DNA of 64,000 nt from an uncultured Methanomicrobiaceae archaeon. GTDB lineage: Archaea; Halobacteriota; Methanomicrobia; Methanomicrobiales; Methanoculleaceae. This document shows, in pieces, positions 1 to 10,589 of this stretch (positions within the stretch are counted from its first letter, which is position 1; each line of letters opens with the position of its first letter). Location of the stretch: assembly GCA_963826525.1 (NCBI GenBank), contig CAWGXH010000003.1:288001-352000 (forward strand), read 5' to 3'. Both the position numbers and the translations under genes were made by a program. The notes below the pieces were generated by a model. That model had not been told where the DNA came from. It searched no databases and saw only the letters and a list, made by a program, of their open reading frames with translations.

Positions 1-840
1 GATAGGGTCTCTTCCGTGTGGTTTCCGGGGGTGCAGGCATCTGGATCAGGAACTCCTTATAACACCAATATCGATACGTTCGGCCCAGGCGGTAATAACG
101 ATAGCCCTGCCGGGAACGTGCGTCCATGCCGCCAGCTTTTTATGGGAAATGGAGGGCTATTTGGTCTCCATGGTGAGCCTGGTCGGTCATGAGATGATCA
201 TTGTGCATCGACGGGTGACCGGATCGTTCGCGAAAGTATTTCGATGTTTTCACGCAGCTGAGATTCTTATGTCAACGGATGATATCACAGCCGCCATAGG
301 GGGCCATTTTTCGAGATACCTATCCCCGCACGATTTTTTCATGGTGATGGATCGGGGAGCACGCTGCCCTGGCGTCCTGTTGTAATTTGCACGGCGATTT
401 TCTCCCCGATCTACCGTCCCGATGGCAGTCTCGTGCGGGTTCTCAAAAGCCGCACTCTCCATCGTTCATTTGCCGCAATCGGATGGCGAGCGCGGCCGTA
501 CGTGCCTGATTGTCATTGCTGCTGCAATTGTTGGAAAATCATTATATATCATAGAGATTATGGAGGTGTTTGCCTGAGGGAGGGATCACACCTGAAGGTG
601 CATCGCCGTGATGGGGTGAATGCATAAGTCGAGCCGGTAAAAGGCTTATGTATGACAAAGACATCCCATCGCAGTCCGAAATGTACCTAGGGTATGCATT
701 CGTCCCTCGGGCACCGTTCTTCTTGCAATGTACACCTTTCTTGTAGCCACGGGGCGCTGCTGTTCCCTTACGGTCTCGATCCTTGCACGATTTTTCAGCT
801 TTCAGTCTGGCCCCTTCGCCACCCCAGAGAGCCCACCTCC

Positions 841-861
841 GCCCTCCTCCGGGAGGAGGGC
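841..861. repeat. Perfect GC-rich inverted repeat GCCCTCCTCC-G-GGAGGAGGGC
   Basis: 10-bp arms read directly, in a region with no credible ORF. Confidence 0.6.
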
Positions 862-1399
862 AGTCCGTGGCGATAACCCATGTCACGTGCACGCCTCCCG
901 GCGCGACCGGCCGGGGATCACCGCACCCGTCCGGCTTAGCGGCGAGCAGTACAGCCGCGAGGAGCTGACCGCGGAGAGGAGGCCTTGCATTCCTCTGCGC
1001 CATGACCGGCACCGATCTGCCGGTGCTCGAGAACCAGGCGGCCTACCAACGCCGGGGTGGCTTCGGCATATCCGCGACGGGTCGGCGGCCGACGTGATCC
1101 TGGCCGCGGCGGATGCGCAGTGGGCGGCGGACTTCCTCACCGGGAACGGTGGGGGACGCCTCTTCTTTTTCGGACGGCGTCGCGGGCGAGCTTGCTCCCG
1201 GTGGTCGCTGCAGAACATCGCCCTGGTTCTTTGCGGTGTACGGGATCGCCGGCGGCCTCGCAGCGTGACGGCTGCTCCTGCCCGCCGCTCGCATCACCGG
1301 CTCAGGCCTGGGCATGCTCGCGGCTGTGTACAGAAAAAGTATCGACGCTGCTTCGCTGACTGGATACTCCTATCGGCTACAGTCCGGCTCGTTTCTACA

Positions 1400-1681
1400 T
1401 ATCACGCCTTTTTCAGCGTAAACTTGAATGCCGCCCCTCTCTCTGGATAGCCCGGCACCCGGTCATCGACCCGGACCCTGCCGCCGTAGCGCTCGACGAG
1501 TGTCCGGACGATATAGAAGCCCGAGCCCCTGGCCGCTTCCCCATGCCATGCCCCGCTCGAATCGGGAGAAGAGTTTTCCTTTCACCGCGTCGAGGTTCAC
1601 CGACACGAGGCCTGTCTCCTCCTGCACCCGCCGGATGGTGGCGACGTTCCGGAGGAACTCGCTCGTAGTTATTAATACCAT
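1400..1681 (-). pseudogene. Remnant of a sensor histidine kinase (HATPase_c C-terminus)
   Basis: Reads ...KLFSRFERG..GQGLGL(frameshift)YIVRTLVERYGGRVRVDDRVPGYPERGAAFKFTLKKA. The G2 box is present; N-box and G1 are missing. Confidence 0.7.
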
Positions 1682-1701
1682 TCCTGCACCAGGAGTGCAT
1701 C

Positions 1702-2688
1702 ATGACGCTCACATCCGAGGAGGTCGCGTGGGACGTGGACGGGATTTCTGTCCGGGGCACCCTGACCCGGCCTGCGGGCATGGGTCCTCACCCGGGAATC
1801 GTCTTCGTCGCCGGGAGCGGACCGACCGACCGTGACTGGTGCTCCCCCCTGCTATCCGGCACCAATTGCAGCGGCCGCCTGATGGCCGATGCCCTCACCC
1901 GTGAAGGGTTCATGACGTTGCGCTACGACAAGCGGGCCTCAGGACCGCATGCACAGGAGAACGCCCGCCTGCTCGTGGGCAGGATCAGCATGCAGAGCCA
2001 TCTCGACGAACTGATAGGTGCCGTCGACACCCTGCGCTCCGATAGCGATATGGACCCCGCCCGGCTATTCGTGCTGACCAGCAGCGAAGGAGCCATCCAC
2101 GCCCTGCACTACCAGCTGCAGGCGACGGACCGACGATTCGCGGCCCTCGTGCTCACCGGCGCCCCCGGCCGTTCCATCGGGCAGGTTGCCCGCAGCCAGC
2201 TCCTTGCCCAGACCGCGAACCTGGAAAACGGTGTTCTCCTGATGAACGAGTATGATGCCGCCATCGCCGCTTTCATGGCCGGTGAGCCGGTGACACCCGA
2301 TCCGTCTCTCCCGGAAGGGATGAGGGTTCTGCTCCTCAGTCTGACGGCTCCCGTCAACCTGCCGTTCTCACGGGAGCTCTGGTCGAGCGATCCGGCTGCC
2401 CTCATCGCGAAGGTGACGGAACCCGTCCTCGTCGTTATCGGGAAGAAGGATATCCAGGCCGACTGGCAGGCAGACGGCGGCGCACTGGAGCATGCGGCTG
2501 CCCGGGGCGGCAACGTCACGTTTGCATACCCTTCCTATGCAGACCATGTGCTGAAGCATGAGGAGAAACCGCGGGATGCGCTCGTCGCCGCCGACGTCGG
2601 AGCACGCTACAACAGCGAAGGGCGCAGGCTTGACCCGGAGGCGCTCGGCGTGATCGTGGACTGGCTTACCAAACAGGCCCGGCAATGA
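1702..2688 (+). CDS. Alpha/beta-fold hydrolase
   Basis: GSGPTDRD motif, RYDKR, nucleophile elbow TSSEG (G-x-S-x-G variant), GKKD acid, ADH histidine. Confidence 0.85.
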   Translation: MTLTSEEVAWDVDGISVRGTLTRPAGMGPHPGIVFVAGSGPTDRDWCSPLLSGTNCSGRLMADALTREGFMTLRYDKRASGPHAQENARLLVGRISMQSHLDELIGAVDTLRSDSDMDPARLFVLTSSEGAIHALHYQLQATDRRFAALVLTGAPGRSIGQVARSQLLAQTANLENGVLLMNEYDAAIAAFMAGEPVTPDPSLPEGMRVLLLSLTAPVNLPFSRELWSSDPAALIAKVTEPVLVVIGKKDIQADWQADGGALEHAAARGGNVTFAYPSYADHVLKHEEKPRDALVAADVGARYNSEGRRLDPEALGVIVDWLTKQARQ

Positions 2689-2749
2689 ACCGCCGATCCG
2701 GCTTTTCCGATTGTGCCGTCGGCCGGGACCGGAAGCTCCCGACTCGCTC

Positions 2750-2960
2750 TCACCGCTGTCGCGCACCGGCTTTCTTCAGCGTGAACCGGAACGCCGCCCC
2801 TTCCTCCGGCCGCCCGCCCGCCCGGTCCTCGACCTGGACCGTGCCACTGTATCGCTCCACCAGCGTCCGGACGATAAAGAGCCCTCCTCCACCTTCTCCT
2901 GCCGGATGATGCTGTACCTGTCCGAGGACTTCCATGTCGATCTCCCGGGCGGTGGGGGGT
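2750..2960 (-). pseudogene. Second histidine kinase HATPase_c C-terminal remnant
   Basis: GEGGGGLFIVRTLVERYSGTVQVEDRAGGRPEEGAAFRFTLKKA; paralogous to 1400-1560. Confidence 0.7.
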
Positions 2961-3072
2961 GAATATACCGGTGGTGAAACCTCGACAGGATGGTGCTGGA
3001 AACGCTCCCCTGCAAGGGAGGTCAGAATGAGGAGATTATACCATTTGGCGACAGAATTGAATGCACATAAAA

Positions 3073-3184
3073 TGCTGCGGGTGGGATCCGAACCCACGAT
3101 CTCCAGATGTCCCAGGTCTGGACGCTCCGTTTTTTCCTCAAAACCCTATGAGTCTGGCGCCCTAACCAGCTAGGCCACCGCAGC
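3073..3184 (-). tRNA. tRNA-Met(CAT), elongator type, with a 38-nt intron at 37/38 (3109-3146)
   Basis: Acceptor stem GCTGCGG/CCGCAGC, anticodon arm CCAGA-CTCATA|intron|A-TCTGG, T loop GGTTCGGATCC, bulge-helix-bulge at the splice sites. Confidence 0.93.
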
Positions 3185-3255
3185 ACGGAAAGTGCAGTAT
3201 AACAATGGCGCCCCGGCACATAAACCTTCTGATTTGAGGGGAAAAAGAAGGAGAA

Positions 3256-4732
3256 CTATTTTTTCGTATTCTGTACATAAACGTTCACCGCAGCGGCGAT
3301 TGCAGCGACTTCTTTCCCCTGCCGGAGCGACGCGGCGAGCGTCTGCATGCGGGTCTCCTCTTCGAGGAGGTAGCGTCGCAGGCTCTTGATGATATGCTCC
3401 TCCTGCAGGAAGTGAGTATGCGTATCCCCGGCGACGAAGTGGCGGTTGTTCATGATGGCGTGGTGGAGCGGCAGCGTCGTCTTGACGCCGAGGATGACGT
3501 ACTCGTAGATTGCCCGCCGCATCCGCTCGATTGCCTCCTTGCGGTTCGAGCCGTGGGCGCAGAGCTTCGAGATCATCGAGTCGTAATGTGCGGGAATGGT
3601 ATACCCCATGTGGATGCCGGAGTCGACCCGGATCCCGGGGCCTCCCGGCGACCGGTAGCGGAGGATCTTCCCCGGGTCGGCGGCGAAGTTGTTCAGCGGA
3701 TCCTCGGCGTTGATCCGGCACTCGATCGCATGCCCGCGGATGCTGATATCCTCCTGGGCGAAGGCAAGCGGTTCGCCCGCGGCGATGGCGATCTGCTGCT
3801 TGACAAGATCGATCCCGGTGATGAACTCGGTAATGGTGTGCTCCACCTGCAGCCGGGTATTCATCTCCATGAAGTAGTACTCTCCGTTCGAGTAGAGGAA
3901 CTCGACCGTGCCCGCGTTCGTATACCCGGCCGTCTTCGCCACCGTCACGGCCGATGCGGCCATCTGCTCGCGGAGCTCCGGCGTCATGATCGGGCAGGGC
4001 GCCTCCTCCACGAGTTTCTGGTGCCGCCGCTGGATCGAGCACTCCCTGTCGTAGAGGTGCACCGTCTCCCCGTTTGTATCCGCGAGAACCTGGAACTCGA
4101 TATGGCGGGGCTTCGTCGAGGTACTTCTCGATGAGAATGGTCGCATCGCCGAAGGCTGACTCTGCGATCCGCATCCCTTTGCCGATCGCCTCCTCGAGCC
4201 CCGTCTCATCCTCGACGATCTGCATCCCGATACCGCCGCCGCCGGCGCTCGCCTTGACGATCACCGGATAGCCGATCTCTGCGGCGATCCGTTTCGCCTC
4301 ATCGATACCGGCGACGCCTCCTTCGGTGCCCGGCAGCACGGGGACGCCGGCCTCGCGCATCATCTGCTTGCTGCCGATCTTCGAGCCCATCGCCTGAATC
4401 GTCCGTGAGGACGGCCCGATGAAGGTTATCCCCTGCTTCTCGCAGAGCTCGGCAAATTTACAGTTCTCGGCAAGGAACCCGTAGCCGGGATGGATCGCCT
4501 CCGCACCCGACTTCCCTGCGATATCGCAGATCCGCTCCATGTTCAGGTAACTCTGCGAGGGATGAGCATCGCCGACGCAGAACCCTTCGTCCGCATACTT
4601 GACGTGAAGTGCGTTTCTATCCGGTTTTGAGTAGATCGCCACCGTCTCGATGCCGAGCTCGCGGCATGCCCGCATCACCCGGATGGCAATCTCGCCGCGA
4701 TTTGCTACCAGAATCTTATCGAAATATTTCAT
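3256..4732 (-). CDS. pycA: Pyruvate carboxylase subunit A (biotin carboxylase); frameshift near 4118
   Basis: [44 protein letters not shown], split over two ORFs. Confidence 0.93.
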
Positions 4733-4772
4733 CTCGGAAGTCTCTCCTCGGTGAGTACTGCGAGATACATCG

Positions 4773-6516
4773 CTACTCCACGATCATCAGTACATCGCCG
4801 CTATGGACGACATCGCCGGCATCAACGAAGATATCGGTCACCTTGCCGTCACGCGGGCTGTGGATGGGGTTCTCCATCTTCATCGCCTCGAGGATGATGA
4901 GGGTCTCTCCCTTCTTCACCGTAGCGCCGCGCTGCACCGGGACCTTCAGCACCATGCCCTGCATATTGCTCTTCACGCCGCCGGCGACGTCGCCGCGGGG
5001 GATCTGCTCTCTTGCTACGGTAGCGGGGAGTGTCTCGACCGAACTTCCCTCGACCGAGATGATCCGCACCGAGAAGATCTCGCCGTCGACCTCCACCTCC
5101 ATGGAAGCGGGAAACTCGTTCCCACCCGACGGTTCGGGCTGGGGCTTTGGAATCTCCTCGGGCTTTCGCTCCCCCTTCAGGAACGACGGGGCGATGCTTG
5201 GGTAGAGGATGTAGGTGAGCACGTCCTCCTCTTTTCGGATGAGCCCGGCCTCCTCTGCCTGCTTCTTCATCTTCTCGTATACCGGCTCGAGGAGATCGGC
5301 TGGCCTGACGGTGACGACCGCCTCGTCACCGATGATGTGGCGTCGGATCTCCTCGCTGATAGGCGCCGGCGGCATACCGTAGAGGCCGCGGACGTAGTCC
5401 CGCACCTCCGTGGTGACGTTCTTGTAGCGTTCGCCGCAGGAGAACGTTGATCACTGCCTGGCTGCCGACGATCTGGCTCGTCGGCGTGACGAGCGGGGGG
5501 TAACCGAGATCTTCTCGCACCCGGGGAACCTCCGCCAGCAACTCCTCGTGGCGGTCGAGAGCGTCCTGCTCCTTGAGCTGGGAGATGAGGTTTGAGATCA
5601 TACCGCCCGGCAGCTGGTAGATGAGTACGTCGGAATCGACCCGCTCGGAGATCGGGTCGACCAGAGCGCCGTACTTCTCCCGGAGGTCCAGGCAGAGATT
5701 GCGCACCTTCCGAAGGGCGACGAGATCGATCCCGGTGTCCCGGGGCGTGCCCGCGAGGGATGCGACTACGCTCTCGGTCGGCGGCTGCGAGGTGCCGAGG
5801 GCGAAGGGCGACATCGCCGTATCGAGTATATCGACCCCGGCCTCGATCGCTGCCTGGTAACTGAACGACGCAAGACCGCTTGTCGAGTGCGAGTGGAGGC
5901 AGACTCTGATATCCATCTCCGCCTTGATGCCGGAGATGAGGTCGCGTGCCGCCGTCGGCGTGATCAGTCCGGCCATATCCTTGATGCAGATAGAGTCGCA
6001 GTCAAGGGCGTAGAGGTCGCGTGCCATCTGGATGAACGACTCGGTACAATGAACGGGACTTATGGTATAGGAGATCGCTCCCTGGAGATGGGAGCCGTTG
6101 TTCTTCACCTCTTCCATCGCCTTTCTCATATTCCGGATATCGTTGAGAGCGTCGAAGACCCGGAAGATATCGACGCCGTTTTGTGCCGCTGCCGAGACGA
6201 ACCGTTCGACGACATCGTCGGGGTAGTGTCGGTAGCCGACGAGATTCTGCCCGCGGAGCAGCATCTGAACGGGAGTATGGGGAAGTTCCGCTTTGAGGTC
6301 TCTCAGGCGGTCCCAGGGGTCTTCGTTCAGAAACCTGATGCTGCTGTCAAAGGTCGCCCCGCCCCATGCTTCGACGGAGAAAAAGCCTACGGTATCCATC
6401 GCACGCGCAAGGGGAAGCATATCCTCTGTTCGCAGTCTTGTCGCAATGAGAGACTGGTGCGCATCCCGGAGCGTAGTATCGGTTATAAGTATCGTATTTA
6501 GACTGGCAGCATACAT
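4773..6516 (-). CDS. pycB: Pyruvate carboxylase subunit B with biotin carrier domain; frameshift near 5440
   Basis: [36 protein letters not shown]-terminal EAMKM. Confidence 0.93.
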
Positions 6517-6566
6517 CGAAAGTACACCTCGGGGCTCGGGAATTTGCAATAAAGCCTCTCAAAACT

Positions 6567-7220
6567 TCACTGTACAACTATAAAAACATCACGAACGGGA
6601 ATGAATGCACAAATTGCGATGAATACGGCGAAAAATGCCCTGGCGGCTTCACGGCGATCGGGCTCGAATCTTGGGTGGATATGCCCTCCGTTCCGGTATC
6701 CCCTGACCGTGAGCAGTTTCGCCGTCTCCTCCGTGCGCCGCAGCTGGTTGATGATAATATTGGTGGTCAGGGGAGCGAGCGTCCCGATCGACGGCCGCAT
6801 TCCCTTGATGGCCATCGCCCGGGTTATCTGAGTAATATCCTGCTCGATGATCCGGAGGCTCTGCAGCCCCATCTCCGCAATGAGGCCGATATCGAACCCG
6901 ATCCCATCACCGAGGAGCCAGACCGAGACCTCGAGGAGCTCGCCGTCCTGCCGGTCGGCGTATGCCCAGGCAGCGATGAGGAGGATTACTGTCATCCTGA
7001 TCAGGTAGGAGAGCCCGTCGCCGCCTGAGAACCCGGAGAGAGCTGCAGAGGCTCCGATCATCACGATCACCCCGGCGAGGACTCTCGGATGCGGGAGCGC
7101 CCGCCACCGGGGTGTGAAAAGCAGCCACCAGATCAGTGCCGCCACCGCCCCGGTCACACTTGCAAATGCGGCGATGGAGAGCACCACCGTAACAAGAATC
7201 CTCAGCCGCGGATCCTGCAT
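6567..7220 (-). CDS. ECF transporter T component (BioN/EcfT-like)
   Basis: Hydrophobic protein from MQDPRLR, preceded by AGGAGG; AMAIKG and LTVRG coupling-helix motifs. Confidence 0.75.
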   Translation of the reverse strand: MQDPRLRILVTVVLSIAAFASVTGAVAALIWWLLFTPRWRALPHPRVLAGVIVMIGASAALSGFSGGDGLSYLIRMTVILLIAAWAYADRQDGELLEVSVWLLGDGIGFDIGLIAEMGLQSLRIIEQDITQITRAMAIKGMRPSIGTLAPLTTNIIINQLRRTEETAKLLTVRGYRNGGHIHPRFEPDRREAARAFFAVFIAICAFIPVRDVFIVVQ

Positions 7221-7901
7221 AGCGCCTCCTTGACATCGAGTGAGCGTGATATTCGAAGGCTGTGCGCCGAGCGTGAGGGCGTACCGCAGGTACGGCGGCG
7301 CCGATCGCCAGAGCGGGATGGCACCGGGAACCTCCCCGCAGGAGATCAGTCTGCCCGTCTCCATCTCGGAGATCGTCCGGACCCGGGGGAGAATCGAGCG
7401 TTCGTGGGAGAATATGATGGTAATACCGCTCTGCCGCTCCTCGATCGCCCTGCATGCGCGCACCTTTGCGGCACAGTCGAGCGAGCTGAAGGGCTCGTCG
7501 AGGAGGAGCAGGTCGGGATCTTTTGCAAACGCACACGCCAGAGTAAGTCTTTTGAGCTCGCCGCGGCTGAGCATCAGCGGGTCGCTCTCCTCCCGGCCGG
7601 CGAGCCTTGCCCGGGGAAGGATCTCGCCGGGATCAAGCCCCCACGACCGGACCTCCCCGGCAACCGTGCCGCAGGTGACGTGATACTCCGGGAACTGCAA
7701 CGAGAGCAGGGACGAGCCCACCCCCTCCCGGTGAACGCTGCCCCGCTCGGTTTTCTCTAAAGAGGCGAGGATGGCTGCGAGTGTCGATTTCCCGCTGCCG
7801 ACCGGGCCGCTGACCAGGTGGACGCCCTCCCCGAAGGAGGCGCTTGCCCGGAGCGTGAATGACCCCCGCCGGAGCGTGACGTCGTCCGCACGAATCAGCA
7901 T
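7202..7901 (-). CDS. ECF/ABC ATPase; 1-nt indel near 7240
   Basis: GPVGSGKS, LSRGE, LLLLDEP. The natural end DVKEALCRIRG* lies in another frame. Confidence 0.8.
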
Positions 7902-8569
7902 CCCCGCACCCTCCAGAGCGCCGGGTAAAAGCAGGTCTCCTCGAGGTGTCCGAAGACCTCCTCCCCCGTTCCGGCATGGCGGATGCATCCGTCCTCGATG
8001 TAGAGCAGCAGCTCCGCTTCAGCTGCCGTATCCATATTCTGCGTACAGGCGATGACCGATATCTCCGGCCGGCTCAGGATCGCGTTCTTCACCCGGCGGT
8101 TTGCCTCCTCGTCGAGGTGCGAGTCGACCTCGTCGAGGATGAGGAGTTCCGGGTCGTGAACCAGCGCCGCGGCGAATGCGACGAGCGCCTTTTCCCCGCC
8201 GGAGAGTTCGCCCGTCGCCTTTGAAAGGAGGTCCTCTATCCCGAGCAGGGCTGCGATCCCGTTCACCTGTGCCTCCGCCTCCCGGCAGGGGACGCGGGCG
8301 AATCGGAGCGATGAGGCTATCTCGTCGTAGACGCGTGAAAAGAGCATCGTCCTGTCGGGAAACTCCCCGACCCAGCCGATCCGGACGTCGGACGGTTTTC
8401 TCCCGTGCAGCGTGACCGAACCGCTCTCGGGCTCCTCCATCCCTGCACAGAGTTCAAGGAACGTTGTCTTCCCTGCTCCGTTCGGCCCGATAACGGCGAT
8501 CTGCCGGGCATCGGCAGAGAGCGAAGGAATGGTGAGGCGGCGATGCCGCACCCCGGAGCAGCGGATCAT
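7895..8569 (-). CDS. ECF/ABC ATPase (BioM-like)
   Basis: GPNGAGKT, LSGGE, LILDE. Confidence 0.85.
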   Translation of the reverse strand: MIRCSGVRHRRLTIPSLSADARQIAVIGPNGAGKTTFLELCAGMEEPESGSVTLHGRKPSDVRIGWVGEFPDRTMLFSRVYDEIASSLRFARVPCREAEAQVNGIAALLGIEDLLSKATGELSGGEKALVAFAAALVHDPELLILDEVDSHLDEEANRRVKNAILSRPEISVIACTQNMDTAAEAELLLYIEDGCIRHAGTGEEVFGHLEETCFYPALWRVRGC

Positions 8570-9066
8570 GCGACCCGTTTCCCGATCGAGTATGCTGCGG
8601 CGAGTTTGATCATATCGCCGAGCAGGAACGGCACCATTCCGAACAGCACCGCCGAGATGAACGGGAGCGATGCGGAGTACGAGAGCCAGGAGACCCCGAA
8701 GAGATATACGACGCCGGTCGCGGCAACAAGCCCTGCTATACGGATGCACTCGCTTTTCCGCTCGTAGGCGAGACCTGCGACCACTGCGGCGAAAACGAAC
8801 CCTATGAGAAACCCACCGGTCGGCCCGAGCAGCACGCCGAGCCCTGCCGTCCCGTTGTGAAAGACCGGAAGGCCGAGGGCGCCGAGGAGCACGAAGAGCG
8901 TGACCGGGATGACGGCATACCGGCGCATCGTGATGCCCGCAAGCATGACAAAGAGCGTCTGGAGCGTCAGCGGCACCGGGAAAAAAGGGATGGAAATCCA
9001 ACTTCCCGCGGCAATAAGCGCAATGAACGTCCCGCTGTAGGCGAGGATCTCTGCACGCTGTTTCAT
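8566..9066 (-). CDS. bioY: Biotin transporter S component BioY
   Basis: PVPLTLQT, GLPVF, GPTGGFLIGF; lies between birA and the ECF module. Confidence 0.93.
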   Translation of the reverse strand: MKQRAEILAYSGTFIALIAAGSWISIPFFPVPLTLQTLFVMLAGITMRRYAVIPVTLFVLLGALGLPVFHNGTAGLGVLLGPTGGFLIGFVFAAVVAGLAYERKSECIRIAGLVAATGVVYLFGVSWLSYSASLPFISAVLFGMVPFLLGDMIKLAAAYSIGKRVA

Positions 9067-9099
9067 CGTCAACCTCTCTATCATTCACTGGTTGACGAT
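9065..9099. promoter_or_regulatory. Putative BirA operator ATCGTCAACC-N15-GGTTGACGAT
   Basis: Perfect 10-bp inverted repeat with the GTnAAC...GTTnAC geometry of BirA boxes, at the bioY start. Confidence 0.75.
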
Positions 9100-9148
9100 A
9101 TGAAGATTGCCGAGAGCATGCCCGGTTGCTGTCAAAAATGAGTATGCG

Positions 9149-10135
9149 TTAGAGTTGGTAGCAGTCGCCGGCGATCACGCGCTCGATCCTGCCGTTATCC
9201 TTCCTGATGATGAGCGCACCGTGATCGTCGATATCGATCGCTTCGCCGTCGAAGGTCTTGCGCATCGTCTTGATCTGCACCCGGTGGTCGAGGGTGAGCG
9301 AGAGGCTCTTCCACTCGCGGATAATGGTCTCGTACTCCTCGCTCTCGAGCAGCAGATAGCGCTGCTCGAACTCTTTGAGCACCCGGGCAAGGAGCGCCAC
9401 CCGGTCGACGTCCCCGCCGGTCTCAGCCTTGAGCGAGGTGACGGTCTCTTTTAAGGAGGGGGAGAGTTCGTCGAGCAGAATATTGGCGTCGATCCCTATC
9501 CCGAGGAGACAGTAGTGGATGGTATCCGCTTCGGCGGAGAGTTCGAGCAGCAGGCCTGCGACCTTCTTATCGCCGATATAGATATCGTTCGGCCACTTGA
9601 TCAGCGCACCGATGTCGTACTCCCGCCTGATGGCGCGGGCGACCGCGATGGATCCGGCCATGGTGATCATAAAAAGTCGTTCGAGCGGGAGATTCGGTTT
9701 CAGCACGATGGTGCACCAGATACCCCCGGCAGGAGACGCCCACGACCTCCCGAGCCGTCCGACGCCGCCGGTCTGCTCCTCGGCGAGGATCACCATGCCG
9801 TGCAGGTCATCGGGGTTGCCCTCGTCGGCAAGTTTCTTCCCTACCCAGGTCGTCGACGCGGTGCGGTCGAAGTAACGCATCTGTTTGCCGATGAACTTCG
9901 TCCGGAGCCTCTTATGGACCTCGTGGGGAAGCAGCAGGGGTGTCGAGCCCGTCAGCCGGTATCCTGCCGTCTGGGACGAGGTGATAGCATACCCCATCTT
10001 CCGGAACTCCCTGATCTGTTTCCAGACGGCGGAGCGAGTGATCCCCAGGCGTTCTGCAATAGTCTCGCCCGATACAGGGCCGCCCGCTTCTTCGAGTATC
10101 CTCAATACATTGAGTGCCGTATCTCTCATGTCCAT
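9149..10135 (-). CDS. birA: Bifunctional biotin ligase/repressor with N-terminal HTH
   Basis: SGETIAERLGITRSAVWKQI HTH, QTGGVGRLGRSW, KWPND, KVAGLL. Confidence 0.93.
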   Translation of the reverse strand: MDMRDTALNVLRILEEAGGPVSGETIAERLGITRSAVWKQIREFRKMGYAITSSQTAGYRLTGSTPLLLPHEVHKRLRTKFIGKQMRYFDRTASTTWVGKKLADEGNPDDLHGMVILAEEQTGGVGRLGRSWASPAGGIWCTIVLKPNLPLERLFMITMAGSIAVARAIRREYDIGALIKWPNDIYIGDKKVAGLLLELSAEADTIHYCLLGIGIDANILLDELSPSLKETVTSLKAETGGDVDRVALLARVLKEFEQRYLLLESEEYETIIREWKSLSLTLDHRVQIKTMRKTFDGEAIDIDDHGALIIRKDNGRIERVIAGDCYQL

Positions 10136-10563
10136 TACCTTTTCGCTGCGGTCGACTCCGTCGGGAGTGGGCAGGGATCAGAGCCGCATACCTGCCGTTT
10201 GATCGTTGCATGGTGTTCCATAAGGCCTGCAATGTCGAAGATACCGGTGACGTCGACGATGCCGATGGCCGCTATTGCATCGCCGTTTCCGTCGCGCACC
10301 GGTGCGACGATAACGGGGACGCTCCGGTACGGCCCTGATGGCGGCGCCACCTTTCTGATGGCGTTGTGGCTCAGAACTTCCTCAAGAATAGGTCCTGAAT
10401 AGCGATCGTCGACGATCTTCCCTTCTTCGATGCGGACGCCCGGATGATCGCGTGATCGCGCCGTCACCGGCAGGCGACCGAGCAGTTCATGGATGCACTG
10501 CATAACCGGCACGAGATCGCGTGCAGTTGACGCAGCAGAAATAACATACTGATCCACGGCCAT
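10135..10563 (-). CDS. Conserved methanogen protein (DUF2111-like)
   Basis: LPVTARS..PGVRIE..YSGPILEEV..GPY..VPVIV..AAIGIVD pattern; stop overlaps the birA start (TAATG). Confidence 0.7.
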   Translation of the reverse strand: MAVDQYVISAASTARDLVPVMQCIHELLGRLPVTARSRDHPGVRIEEGKIVDDRYSGPILEEVLSHNAIRKVAPPSGPYRSVPVIVAPVRDGNGDAIAAIGIVDVTGIFDIAGLMEHHATIKRQVCGSDPCPLPTESTAAKR

Positions 10564-10589
10564 TCCCCATATTTCCCATAAATTTTAAC

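Noticed and set aside
1-1400. Several 60-240 aa ORFs on both strands
   Set aside because: Arg/Pro/Gly-rich, no motifs, mutually overlapping; typical spurious high-GC ORFs.
6567-7988. Apparent ATPase-EcfT fusion (473 aa)
   Set aside because: EcfT has its own AGGAGG and ATG at 7220, and the ATPase has a natural end in another frame; a 1-nt indel explains it.
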